From Hemiscyllium ocellatum (lineage: Eukaryota): a DNA stretch of 64,000 nt. The notes under the pieces are model-generated. The model was not told the DNA's origin, did no database searches, and was given only the letters and a program-made list of their open reading frames with translations. The translations under genes were made by a program, and so were the position numbers. Location of the stretch: positions 35,981,263 through 36,045,262 of the forward strand of contig NC_083411.1 of assembly GCF_020745735.1 (NCBI RefSeq). The letters run 5' to 3'. Shown one piece after another: positions 52,460 through 64,000 of the stretch (the stretch's first letter is position 1; each line of letters opens with the position of its first letter).

Positions 52460-53960
52460 GATGTCATGATAATCTGACTGAACTAGTAATTCAGAAACCA
52501 GAGCTTTTTATCTTGGGATATGGATTCAAGTCAACTGGTGGAATTTAAAGTCAACTAATTAAAAAAGAAATCTGAAATCAACAGCTACCCTACAGGTAAC
52601 CATAAAAACAATATGGTTCATTAATGTCCTTAGGGAAGGAAATGTGACTGCACATCTTGCCTGGACTACGTGTAACTGCAGACCCACTGTCAATGACCCT
52701 TAAATGTCCTCTGAAATGGCCAAGCAAGCCACTTAATTATATCAAATCACATAAATGTCACAAAGGAATGAAACCAAATAGATTACTCATCATTGAACTA
52801 GGCTTCCACCAACAATAATGGGCAACTCGCTGGCATAGTGGTTAGCACTGCCTCATAGTGCCAGAGACCTGGGTTCAATTCCTGTCTCAGATGACTGTCT
52901 GTATGGAGATTGCACATTCTCCCCATGTCTGCATAGGTTTCATCCAGATGCTCTGGTTTCCTCCCACAGTCCAAAGTTGTGCAGGTTAGGTGGGTTGACC
53001 ATGCCAAATTGCCCACAGTAGGCAAGTTAAGTGCATTATCCATGGCAAATGATGGGGTGGGTCTGGTTAGATGCTGTCAACTCAATGGGCCAAATGGCCT
53101 GCTTACACACTGTGGTGATTCTAAGACATCTACAAAATAATAACAAACTTAGTCCTGCTAATTTTTCAAAGGTCTTGACTAATAAATGGCAGCCTGTACC
53201 AAAATTGGGAGAGTTGTCCCACAGACTAGTTGAGCAACAGCCTGATATAGTCATTTTCATGGAATTTTACCTAACGATATCGCATCCTTCAGTATGATTT
53301 GTCGCACCAGCAGGACAGACCGACCAGAAGTGGTGCTACCTTGTACAGTCAAGAGGAATTTACCCTGAGAATCCTCAACGATTGGTTCTGTATCACATGA
53401 GATCTCATGGGATTAGGGCAATCTTCGGTAACCTCTCATCTATCAGTGTTGCTGCATGTTGAACACCACATGGAGGCAGTACCGAGGATGGCAAGGGCCA
53501 GAATATCCTTCAGTTCTGGGATTTCAATTATCAGGAGGAGTGGCTTGGTATCATCATTTGTGACTGAACTGGCAAAATCCTAAAGGACATAGCTGTTAGA
53601 CTGGGCCTGTAGCAGGTGGTGAGCAAGCCAAGAAGTGGGAAATATCTATTTGACCACTTCCTCACCAATATATTTGTTGTAGATGCATCTGTGACAGGAT
53701 GGTAAGAGTGACTAACAATTGGTGTGCAGACTAAGTTCCATCTTTACACTGTAGATGCCAACCAACATTTTGTGTTCCATTAACTTTAGGCTAGATGGGA
53801 TAGCTTTTGAATCTAGTAATCAAAAACTGGGCATCCACAATGTGCTGTGGACCATTGTATTTAACTATAAACTGTAGTCACATGGCCTGGCTTTTCATCC
53901 AATCTATCATTATCATCAAGTCAGAGGATCTACACCTCAGAATTCTTCCATGGGTTAGAA
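52460..53960 (+). mobile_element. 5' portion of L2/CR1-clade LINE (5' UTR + APE endonuclease), interrupted by HE1
   Basis: KLGELSHRLVEQQPDIVIFME (APE motif), DFN-like at 53519, and FDHFLTN. Confidence 0.75.
52831..53125 (+). mobile_element. HE1 SINE, older
   Basis: tRNA-like head, V-domain and tail are present but diverged. Confidence 0.88.
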
Positions 53961-54058
53961 AGAGGTGTCTTAGCATCTTAAGAAAATACAGGTGGGGGCC
54001 ACAGACCAAGGCACATGGGCCTTTGTGGTGGTTGGGGTTTGGGGGGAGACCGTATAAC

Positions 54059-54099
<41 letters not shown>

Positions 54100-54100
54100 G
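54059..54100. repeat. (TG)n(CG)n(TG)n alternating purine-pyrimidine microsatellite
   Basis: Directly visible; potentially Z-DNA forming. Confidence 0.95.
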
Positions 54101-54456
54101 GATGTGTATGTGCAAGTGAACGAGTCTGGGGCCATTTAAATGAACAGCTGCCTCCAATCAAGTCTGTTATTGGTGTCCCAGAGTATAGAGTTTTTACCAG
54201 GTAAAAGTAGAGCTGTTCTCAGTGCTTTTCTTTCGGATAGTCAGGGTGCCCCTTTGGAAAGCTGAGGTACCCCTATAGAGATGAACCCACGATGCTTCCA
54301 TGGTATAACTCAGGGATGTTTTTGGTGGGGTCAGGTGCCCTCTAGGGCTGTTAACTGTGGAGAAGATTTTATGGTGCATAAACCCCTTGGAATTGTCCAA
54401 CATGTCAACACTTATTGACCTTTTAAGAAGGTGTCATCAAATGTCAAGACCTGTGT

Positions 54457-54780
54457 TTAGATTAGATTAGACTAGACTAGACTTACAGTGTGGAAACAGG
54501 CCCTTCGGCCCAACAAGTCCACACCGACCCGCCGAAGCGCAACCCACCCATACCCCTACATTTACCCCTTACCTAACACTACGGGCAATTTAGCTTGGCC
54601 AATTCACCTGGCCCGCACATCTTTGGACTGTGGGAGGAAACCGGAGCACCCGGAGGAAACCAACGCAGACACGGGGAGAACGTGCAAACTCCACACAGTC
54701 AGTCGCCTGAGTCGGGAATTGAACCCGGGTCTACAGGCGCTGTGAGGCAGCAGTGCTAACCACTGTGCCACCGTGCCGCC
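54457..54780 (-). mobile_element. HE1 SINE, young
   Basis: Full-length reverse complement with tagat/tagac tail repeats. Confidence 0.96.
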
Positions 54781-54832
54781 ACCTATCAAGAAGTTTATGC
54801 AAGTGCAGTTATGGATAAGTGTTTTCTGACAT

Positions 54833-54945
54833 AGAATTCCGATAGTGTGGAAACAGGCCATTTGGCCCATTCGGAGTACACTGAATTGAATCTGGGTCCC
54901 TGGCCCAGTGAGGAAGCAGTGCTAACCATGGAGTCACCATGCCAC
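54833..54945 (-). mobile_element. Internally deleted HE1 (head fused to tail)
   Basis: Tail piece tagtgtggaaacaggcc is joined directly to head piece gaattgaatctgggtccctggc...gcagtgctaacca. Confidence 0.7.
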
Positions 54946-57006
54946 TGTGTAGAATGTAGCTTGCAATATGGAAATTCAAGTAACGGAAGTATATCTTTGG
55001 TCCTATGTGAATGGTTACATGTGGATAATCATTGAGTTGCCATGGTGAGTGAAGAGGTAAATGGTGGTGTTTTTAAACAGCCACAAAATTGTCATGTCTT
55101 AGTCCTTGAGGAACTTAGTCCTTGAGGAACCAGCAGGAGTTGGCATTAGCATATCGGAGGGGTTGAGGGGGCTGAGGGCTGAAGGTATGTTTTTCCCTGT
55201 TTGGGAAGGTAAGGTATCCTTTTGAATCTGCTCCGTCCACACCTTTGGTGTGGTTAAAGTATCCTTTGAAGAAATAAGGCACTCTTTAGTGGAGGTAGAA
55301 CACTGATTAGGACTGTGAAAAGGCACACTGATAAGAAATACATAAACTCATTAGGACTGGCAAAGCTGTCAAGAAACCGTCCAAAATATGTGGAGCTTTC
55401 AAAAAAAAAGTGCTAGCTATTTCAGATGCCTGATCACATAAAACAATTATTCAACTTGTGCTGCATGATTTATTTCCCAAACTGTCATTTTCACAATGGG
55501 GTTCCTATTTATGAACAGCTCAGAAGGCTTATTGAATGGGAATGTTTGCCGATATGAAAGGTTTCTCTTAAATGAAAATGGTTGTTTATATAAGACATGG
55601 AGCACTCAGGTGGACGTTTGTTTTCATAAGGAAGTCATTGAAGCGATTTCAAAGCGTTGTTTTGTATCTAACAGAGTTTTTTTTAAATGGTGACTTCATC
55701 AATAGGCAGCTAACTTTATTTTCTCTCAGGATGCCTCCTCAGTTATGCACGTATTGGATAATAAATGATGTGATAAGGAGGGGGGCAGGAAAAAGATGGT
55801 GAGTGCAACAAAGAGTTTGGGGCTATCAGGGTCTTGGAATCATACTGGGTATGAAGGGAGAAGTGAAGAACCCTGGAGATGGGGAGGTTGCATCAGTGAG
55901 CACCAAGAGGGCATGGGGAGTTAATGAAATGAGGGAATGAGAGGAGGAGGGACGTTTTATGCCTCAATTTGCATTTTTAAATTTTGCATGTGTGTGCTGA
56001 ATTTTTCCAGATTTTGGCAGAGCCTCTTGATTGAAATTCATGGCAGGCAGTCCATTATGGCCCATGCTGACTTTACTCTTCATCTCAATGTACAACTGGC
56101 CTACTCGGTACCTGCCTCGTGAAATAATGTGGCAGGAGGGAATGAAGTGCATACTGTTGCCAGGACTTTGCAATGTTCACATCACCGAGCAATGTCTAAA
56201 CCTCAGCTACACAGTATTCCAGGTACTGGCCTTCACCCTGTGTTGTTCCAATCTTATCCCTGAGGAACTGGCCCAAAAAGACAAATGAGTTTCACACTTT
56301 GTGGAGTGGGACCACAAGATACTGGTGAACACAATGGTGGGAAGGGGGCAATCCTTCTTCGTGCTGACTGACAAAGGAGGCCATGCCACCAGCCTGAACG
56401 AGCTGGGACTGAGACAGTGGTCTGGGTTAGCGCAGTGTCCTGGGTTAAAAGAAATGTCCTTCAATGCAGGAAGAAGGCCGATGATATTCTGCAATCTACA
56501 AGGGTAAATGTCTGCTATTGTACATTTACATGGTCACAACTATTCACTGAACCTGTCAGTATACACAGCTTTTACTATGGCTCACTTCTCAGACTGCAAT
56601 TCTCACTTTTGCCTGCAGTATGACCAGTTAAAGGCTCTCACCCAAATCCTCCATCCACTAAACCTTCCTGCCCTCTGCACTTGCTACACACTCACTGCGG
56701 GCACCTCACCACCTTACCTGCTCATGCATCATCACCAATGTCTCTCCCATCTATTCTATCACACTCAATCCTCTTTTTGTCTCATTGCAGGAAAATCTGT
56801 CTCACCATCAGGCCAAGATGCTGAAGACCAGTAGGCAGGCTGATACACAACATAAGCTTCCACACTTACTGTGAGAAGATGTTAGACTTGATTGGGGAAG
56901 AACATGACTGCTCTTGTGGGACTGCAGAATTCTTCATGGACAGAGTTTAGATTAGAGTGGTGCTGGAATAGCACAGCAGGTCAGGCAGCATCCAAGGAGC
57001 AGGAAA

Positions 57007-57040
57007 ATCGATGTTTCGGGCAAAAGCCCTTCATCAGGAA
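57007..57040 (-). ncRNA. Minimal hammerhead motif, intact core (mirror copy)
   Basis: Exact reverse complement of 57043-57076. Confidence 0.8.
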
Positions 57041-57042
57041 TA

Positions 57043-57076
57043 TTCCTGATGAAGGGCTTTTGCCCGAAACATCGAT
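57043..57076 (+). ncRNA. Minimal hammerhead motif, intact core
   Basis: tc-CTGATGA-a-GGGC-tttt-GCCC-GAAA-c-ATC-ga. Predicted cleavage after 57073. Confidence 0.8.
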
Positions 57077-58559
57077 TTTCCTGCTCTTTGGATGCTGCCT
57101 GACCTGCTGTGCTTTTCCAGCACCACTCTAATCTAGACTCTGGTTTCCAGCATCTGCAGTCCTTGTTTTTACTTAGTTGATCTTCATGGACAATTAGCCC
57201 AGTGAGCTTCAATGTACTGCTGTCCTATTACCAACAAGACTAACTCATTCTTAACCTACACAAATGTTTATTCCTTTCACACAAAAAAATCAATTTCTTC
57301 TCTTAAGCAGGCACTGGCAACTCTTGCTTGGAAAAGGTCAGTACAAGAGACCATCAGCTCCACCTCCACCTCTGTGGAGGAAGCCACTCAATGGATGCAT
57401 TGGGAAAAGCTTTCAGCTGTGCTCTCCACCAGCTCAGAGACTTTCACCTCAATGGGTTCTCCAGTTAGATTGGTCCCAGGAACATAATCTGATGAGCTGG
57501 TTGAAGAAGAAACATTCAGTTCTCCACATTTATAACCTGCTGGAGGCCACACGCAGTCTCCAGGCAGAAAATGGTCTTGGACAACAATGACTTTGACACA
57601 GACAGGCATAGGAACAGCAGATAGGTTTGTTGGAGACTAAGGCAATCAATAAACTGGATCAAAGGATAAAGGAGTCCATTAATGTTATCAGTTCAGTGCT
57701 GGCTCATGCACATGTGCATGTAAGTGCCTCCATGGACAGGTCAGCTACCATTATAGAAACCCAGGTCAGGCACAGTCAGTATCTGCCCAATATGCAAACA
57801 GACCTGCACTCCATCACTCCAGCCATAGGTTTAAACATAAATGGGAAAGAAACAGACCCCATTCCAAGTGCCCCTTCTGCTCAGGTAAACAGGGTAGTGA
57901 AGGCAGGCACCCAGAGGATAGAAGAGCTCTCTAGGCCTAAACACTACCAAGGATGACTAGCCTGGTCTTTGAGACCAACAGGACCAACCATAGAGCAGGC
58001 TCTCTCTATCCCTGCTGCAGAAGTCAGGGCTGCATCTCAGTATGGTGGGAGGAAAAGGGAGAAACAAAAGATTAATGCACATAGTGGAATGGGTGAACAA
58101 CAATATGAAGTTTCTTGCACTTCTCTAAAGATACATTACTTGTATGTTCAAAGTGTTTGCTCTCAACAATTTCACTGCTGGATCTGTTAAGGTTGCACCC
58201 ATTTGAGAGATGAGCAGCCTCCAAACTTTTTCCTAGCCTCTAGACATCCAAAGGATAGATGAAGGGGTGATGACTGAGCTCTGCTCTTCTCTCACAAATA
58301 ACCAATGCCTTGGCTGCAGACAGTATGAGATATCATGGATCCTTGAACCATGGCATTGATGACTATAACCATATCAATGCACCTTAATGCAGATAACACT
58401 GAGGCTATAGCAATGTGCCACGTTTGTTATAAGGCTTACCTGAGAAAGTCATCTATATTGTTCCAAAGATGGATCAGAATCCTGAAGTATGCTCAAACAT
58501 TTTTACTTTTAAATCCAAAATATACCTAGATGCTAAAGTGAGACCTGGGACACACACGT

Positions 58560-58678
58560 CCAGTAATTTAAAGCCCTTTTCCAAAAGTAGTCATTTGATC
58601 TAGTGGGGAATCTTGGAAAGAGTGAGCTCTTTAAAGCCCAGGTGACTTATCTCAGACATGTAGTGGGTCAAGGATGAT
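58560..58678 (+). mobile_element. Gypsy RT fragment
   Basis: LVGNLGKSELFKAQVTYLRHVVGQG, matching the NL.K.EF....V.YLGH.V motif. Confidence 0.7.
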
Positions 58679-61600
58679 TCAGTGTTTGAGTGTAGCAGTT
58701 CTGAAGCATTGTCATCTCACGACATGTGATTCAGAAATGGTAATCCCAGGTGAGACCCTGGTAGTATCTGAACAGATTTCCTTATCTGACATGAAAAGGA
58801 GAACAATTAGTGAAAACTCATAATGGTCATGATCAGTTGATGCTATAATTTTTAATGTTTGTACTTGCATTAATAGTGACCTGTCAATGAAGTGCAATTT
58901 GAGGCCTGGTGGGCAGAGAAACTGGATCAGTGGATGCATGATTAATCCTAATGCCCCTATTAGAGCCTCAAATTTAATGAATTTTACTTCAACCCACCCC
59001 CTCCATTGCCCAATCCCTCCCACAAACAGGAAAACAGTAAATTATCCTACCTACTCTACATGTAGTCAGCCACGTTTTCTGGCAATGTTTAAACTTGTCT
59101 TGGTAACACACTCCAGCTGAGGAGGCTCTACCTGAGATGCAGAATGATCCACTCATCCTTCATGTTCTATTTGTGTTGATGAGTTGATGATGATGTTCCT
59201 GTGTCCCCAATGATTTTTTAGCCTCCTCCTGTTTCCATTCATCTCCTTTGTATACCTGTGAATGTCCTCAGGTTACCCCTGAACCTACAGCTTTGCAATT
59301 GCTCTTGTTGCCAATATACTCTCCCCAAGTTGAGACCAGAGTGAATGTTATTTGTGAAAATATGACCCCCCTCCCCAGAACTCCCAGTTCCCTCCGATAC
59401 TCTAGTTGATTCCACTCTACTATCTTGAATTGCTCCATTTCACATAAATTATTTTTCTCAGTGACCAGGTTTAAAGGACCCCATCCCTCGACTTCAGGTT
59501 TCCACTTTCCCAGAACTGTGTGTGTGCAGCCCCTTGAAAAGCCCTTGACAATGAACACCCAAAGCCCTCAGACTGACTTGGCAGGAAAGCCTCAACTGCG
59601 ATTGACGTAGCCCCTAACTGATGTGCCCACAGCGTCCCAACAACCTACCTATAATTCACAGACTGGATACGCTTGACCTGCAGGACTGGCCATTGTTATA
59701 ATCCAAAAGGTAACCGGTATTGGTCATTTGGTGATGCCCACTTTCATGAACAAAGAATGGAAGAATGTCCTTGGACATAATGTTGGAGTTCAATGAGGCA
59801 CCAGAAAAGCAAGCCAGCATAAGCTGCTACCGCCTGGTGACAGCATTGACTTTCATATTCAGAATTGATGACATCTAGTTTCTTAGCCAATGAGAGAAGA
59901 ATTGGGAGCTGCATAGAAATCAGGGGAATTGGGCTATAATGACAAGCCAATACATGAATGAGTGAAATTCTGAACTCACCACCTAAAGGGAAAATTGGAA
60001 ATATTTTCTCAGCATTAAAAATTTGATTTTTCTATTTTCATTGTATTGTCCCAAATATCTATCACTTTATATGTCTTCAAAGGAGTGGAAAATTCCACCC
60101 TTTGTGCATTAGTTTGCAAGTGAGTGAGTTGATGCATGTCTGTGTAGAAAGGTGAGTCTGAATTTGTGAGTGAGAGAGAAAAAGAGTGCAATTGTAATGA
60201 GCTAGTCTGAGATTTGCAAATATTCCCCTTCTCTTGCTTCTCTTCTCTTGTCCCAAAACCATCTGTACAGGAGAGAGAAGGAACTCCCAGGCTGAAAGGC
60301 AGCCTACTTCTGACCAACACTCTCATATGAATCTTGCTGAGCCCAGCTCAGAGTCTGCACCACCAGAGATGAACACAAATCTAGTGTTAGTTAAATCCAA
60401 TGTGTAAACATGGCTCCAGTTCTCATACTCTTCTTTGATGATCAGGACTTGGAGCAAAGTTTGTCTTGCTCCAGTTTTGCTTTTTAAATAAAAAGGCAAA
60501 AAGAGTTTTCGTAGTTAGCTTTGCTATGTGGCACTTTCTAATTGTTTTTAATAATTACCAATGTATTCAAATGATCAGTTTATTGGTTGTTTTATTTTAC
60601 TGAAATAGTTGCTTCATACTTCAACTTATTTTGAAACTTATGTTTAATGTTGCACTAAACTGCATCTTTCTGAAATTTGCTCAATGGCTGGTGGACTGAG
60701 AAAAAAATTGATTTGTGGCTCCTCACGTAAAAAGCTTCAAAAACTCTGGTGAAAGAAAAATACCTGTTTCCAGTCAGTTCCAACAAAGCCACTGAGCTAT
60801 CAGTTCGCCTAGTCCATGAACCAGACTCAAAAACAAGCTGTAAGATTTCAGGCAGCAGAGTACATACCATGCTTCAGTTAATAGCTCACCGCAGAACATC
60901 CCATTTTGGTTATTTGACTGTGATAAACCTACAATCTGTCTGACCCTTCCAACTAGTATGACTCTCAATTCTACTTTAACTAATTGAAACTATTCAAAGA
61001 CCACAGGTCTGCCACCTTTGAGACAAGTGAAAGAGCCATCAGTTAAAGTATATTACCTTTATCTGTATCCAATCTGTGTTTCTGGGTGCATGAGTGAAAG
61101 CAAGTGCGATATTGTACTGAACTCAGGGTGAGAATAAACAAGGTCCTTTATTCTTAAACTCACAAAAAAATTGTTTAATTGGGGTACATACTACAAGGGT
61201 AGTCTTGAATGAAATGAGTTTTAGCAGCTTCAATGAAATTCGTGATAGGTAACAACACAGCACAAATCTATTCCTAAATTGGCATTAAACTGGCAATCTC
61301 ATTCTGAGAGGTCAGTACAGGAGAAAGACCTTGCATGTTATTCTATATAATTCTTATGCTATTCTAAGGTTGAACAAAGCAAAGAGAACCTTACCATGTA
61401 TCTGTTATTGCAATACCTGCTTTGAATTGGGACCTCAAAAGCTGAAAATGAAGAGTGTTTTATTTCATGTATTTAAAGTCCGTCTTGTTGAAAGGCAAAA
61501 CATGATCAAATTATTATTTAAAAAAGGATTTCTCATGGTTGAAAATGTCTTTGAAGAACAACTGGATTAAGCAAACTTTGGAAAACAAATTTACTTTTAA

Positions 61601-61819
61601 AAATAATGTGTGGGTGAAGACTGGTGACAGAGATACTTCAAAATGACCAACATTATCAAAATAGAGCAATATTATTTGTTCAACGTTATGTGAAGATTTT
61701 TCTCATTTTGTTAGTTGAAGTGCAATCTTGAAACAAACAAAACCATTTTCCTGAAGCAGTTAATAAACAAGATCCCAAAACTAGATAAATATCCTTTGGA
61801 AAATGTTAACTTCTTGGAA

Positions 61820-61938
61820 TGATTTGGAGATGCCGGTGTTGAACTGGGGTGTACAAAGTTAAAAATCACACAACACCAGGTTATAGTCCAACAGGTTTAA
61901 TTGGAAGCACACTAGCTTTCAGAGCAACACTTCTTCAC
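61820..61938 (-). mobile_element. Solo family D arm, truncated within hammerhead
   Basis: Matches 43344-43430 and 35654-35760. Keeps GAAA-gcta-GTG and ends inside the CTGA core. Confidence 0.85.
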
Positions 61939-63508
61939 ATCTTGGTGAAGGGATACCTTTGAAGTACAGGTGGCTCACCTTTTTTTTCTAAAACTCACCT
62001 TTATGTATTTTAGTATTTAATTTATAGAATGGCATTCAGGACTTCATTTTACTGCAAATATATACATACAGTGGATTATATATACATATATGGTGAAGAA
62101 TGAAAGTTTCCCCTTGTTCCATATAAAGCAAATTCCTGATTTCAGCTATCCTGTCAAACTGGAAACATGAGTTCCATGAATAGATCATTCAGCAAGAGCA
62201 CTTCCCAGTGTAGATGTAACCCTGCAATAGTCAGGAGGCTCCAAATTCCTAGGCTTGTGCTGTGCTGGCTGCTTTGAGAATGTTAAATTATCATGATATA
62301 TCCCCTTAATCACCGCACAATGAATAGTTGGAAAGAAGCTGTATACGAAGATCAAGTAATGACACAAATTACTCCTTTGAACCAGGAGGATTTGAGAGCA
62401 ACTGTATAATTTCTGTCACTACAAGCTTAGATAAGGAATCAAATCTGTACAATGCAGTTCAGCTACTTATTGGCGCAAATTCATTGAGCTAAGATGACTA
62501 CTAATGACCTTAATAAAATTATCCATTTTCAAGAAAAGTTTCAGGATTGTCAACGGTAAAAACTTGGAAAAATCTAGGCCCAGTTCCACAGCTTTTCTCT
62601 TAAACCTTGTTGTGTACAATGTAGTTATATTTAGCAAGTGGAAAGCGACAATGAAATTCTGACGACTTTATTTTTAATCAAATTAGATTGGCCACTCAGT
62701 CTTCATTGCAAGGTTTCTAGTGAGTAGACAGCGAGATCAGGATACAGAAAACTGAAGTTCAAGAACAAGTAACAAATTTTATGGAGAACAGCATGTGATG
62801 ATTTAGAAAAATGAAGAATAAAGAACAGGTATGATATAAATGCAACAAAGAAAAACAATGAAAACATCTTTTTTGTTTGCCATATGCAGCAACTTTGTAA
62901 ATATACTCATTATGTCTTCCACCAAAATGAAACAGCGTTAGTAGATAAAGAAAAGATATAAAAATAGGAATAGAAATATATTAAAGCAGAAAACAAGAAA
63001 GAAGAGCAAATACATCTGAAACAAATAAAAGTGGCAGACTGAACATTGATAAGAAAAGGGAACCAGATGGAAAGGAAAGCTGCAAGACAGTATATGATAT
63101 GCAGTTCCTCTCTCACCTCCAGCCTCTAACCTCCATTTCTTGTCTCTATACTATGAAATGTCGTGCTTTGAATTTTTGTTTCTTTTTCCCAAATTCCTAA
63201 AGTGCAAATATTCCAAAGTCCGCGCTCATTCTTTCCTGAAATCCAAAAACAATAAGGGCTGTATTTTATGCTCGAGGCAGTGGTTCCCCCCACACTGTAA
63301 AATGTGGGAGCTGACTCTAGCCAATAAACAGTTTAGGCTAAGACTCCAGTTTGCTTGTCTGCTTCTGGTACTTTTCCAATCTTTACCTTCAAGGCCCAGA
63401 AATTTAAAAAAAAACAAATCAGTACCCACTTTTAAAGTGCAGCAATTTCAAGTCCAACCAATTCCAAATATAATTTGGAGTTACAATCCATTGTTCAAAA
63501 CAGGATAT

Positions 63509-64000
63509 TGTTACAACATGGCAGTGAACCCCTCTGTTAATTAAACCAAACACCCAGAAAATCTCACCTCGCTTCATAATCTGTTAAAATGTGAGTGACA
63601 GAGAACTCGCAAATTACATGATTTAAAGAAAACAAGATCCAAAATTTTTTTAACTCTAAAAGTGAACATTAAACAACTATTCACAAGCCCCCTTTCTCTT
63701 AACAGCTTGCTACCTGCCTCCAACTCTACAACAATATGCTGTTCCAATAAGACACCCTATTAAAATGACATCAACTTAATTTTAAAACCACACAGTCACT
63801 GTCTTCTTCTGTGTCTTCACCCTTCCAGCTGTGATCTTCTTAGGTCATCGTCTTTCCTTTTACTGTGAGTATGTTTCGCATGAAAAGGTACCTTTGATAG
63901 AGTTTCTAAATTTCTTGGAGAGCAAGATGTTAGATGGGCAATTAGCTCTCCACAAGTTTCTCTCTCTACATCAGTTGCTCTCTAATTTTCGAAATGTCTG
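63509..64000 (-). mobile_element. Possible LTR 3' end (runs off window)
   Basis: Terminus tgttaca (tgtaaca on minus) and LTR-like composition only. Confidence 0.3.

Larger units (their letters stand above)
56943..57180. mobile_element. Near-perfect palindromic family A element with hammerheads on both strands
   Basis: 56941-57142 is a 202-bp spacerless palindrome (axis 57041/57042, 3 mismatches). 12-bp TSD tcttcatggaca at 56931-56942 and 57181-57192. Confidence 0.95.
56270..58100 (+). mobile_element. Decayed PIF/Harbinger Myb/SANT gene with introns
   Basis: WTETVVWVSAVSWVKRNVLQCRKKADDILQSTR then gtaa donor (about 56504), and ttgcag acceptor at about 56790. Matches the W..VA..V...R...QCRKK..DL Myb/SANT pattern. 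Confidence 0.65.

Noticed and set aside
55098-55130. 16-bp direct duplication cttagtccttgaggaa
   Set aside because: Simple slippage duplication with no associated structure.
56892-57212. Mirror-image ORFs on both strands (also 3949-4150)
   Set aside because: An artefact of the DNA palindrome, with no coding signal.

Overview
Repeat-rich vertebrate intronic DNA. The HE1/V-SINEs, CR1 LINEs and DeuSINE remnants point to a shark; carpet/bamboo shark is my inference. The window lies inside the minus-strand gene ARHGEF9 (collybistin). Two coding exons are visible: 51990-52119 (end of the DH domain) and 37075-37206 (start of the PH domain), both with canonical AG/GT ends. Neither appears in the ORF track. 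The rest is intron filled with CR1/L2/RTE LINE fragments, HE1 SINEs, Penelope-like (GIY-YIG) retroelement fragments, and decayed Harbinger and Gypsy remnants. The most striking non-coding structure is a set of about 13 short elements from four sequence families. Each carries, intact, decayed or truncated, a minimal hammerhead ribozyme motif (stem I-CUGA[U/A]GA-A-stem II-GAAA-palindromic tetramer-NUH-stem I). They derive from Penelope termini and occur in three architectures: (i) 170-280 bp palindromes, mostly flanked by target-site duplications (TSDs), that place hammerhead sequence on both strands, one being a near-perfect 202-bp palindrome; (ii) solo arms ending just 5' of the ribozyme core; (iii) a tandem 362-nt hammerhead-to-hammerhead unit resembling a retrozyme. 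One palindrome has captured 73 bp of nearby intronic DNA, inverted, as its loop. All alignments and folds were done by eye, and ends of old repeats are approximate.
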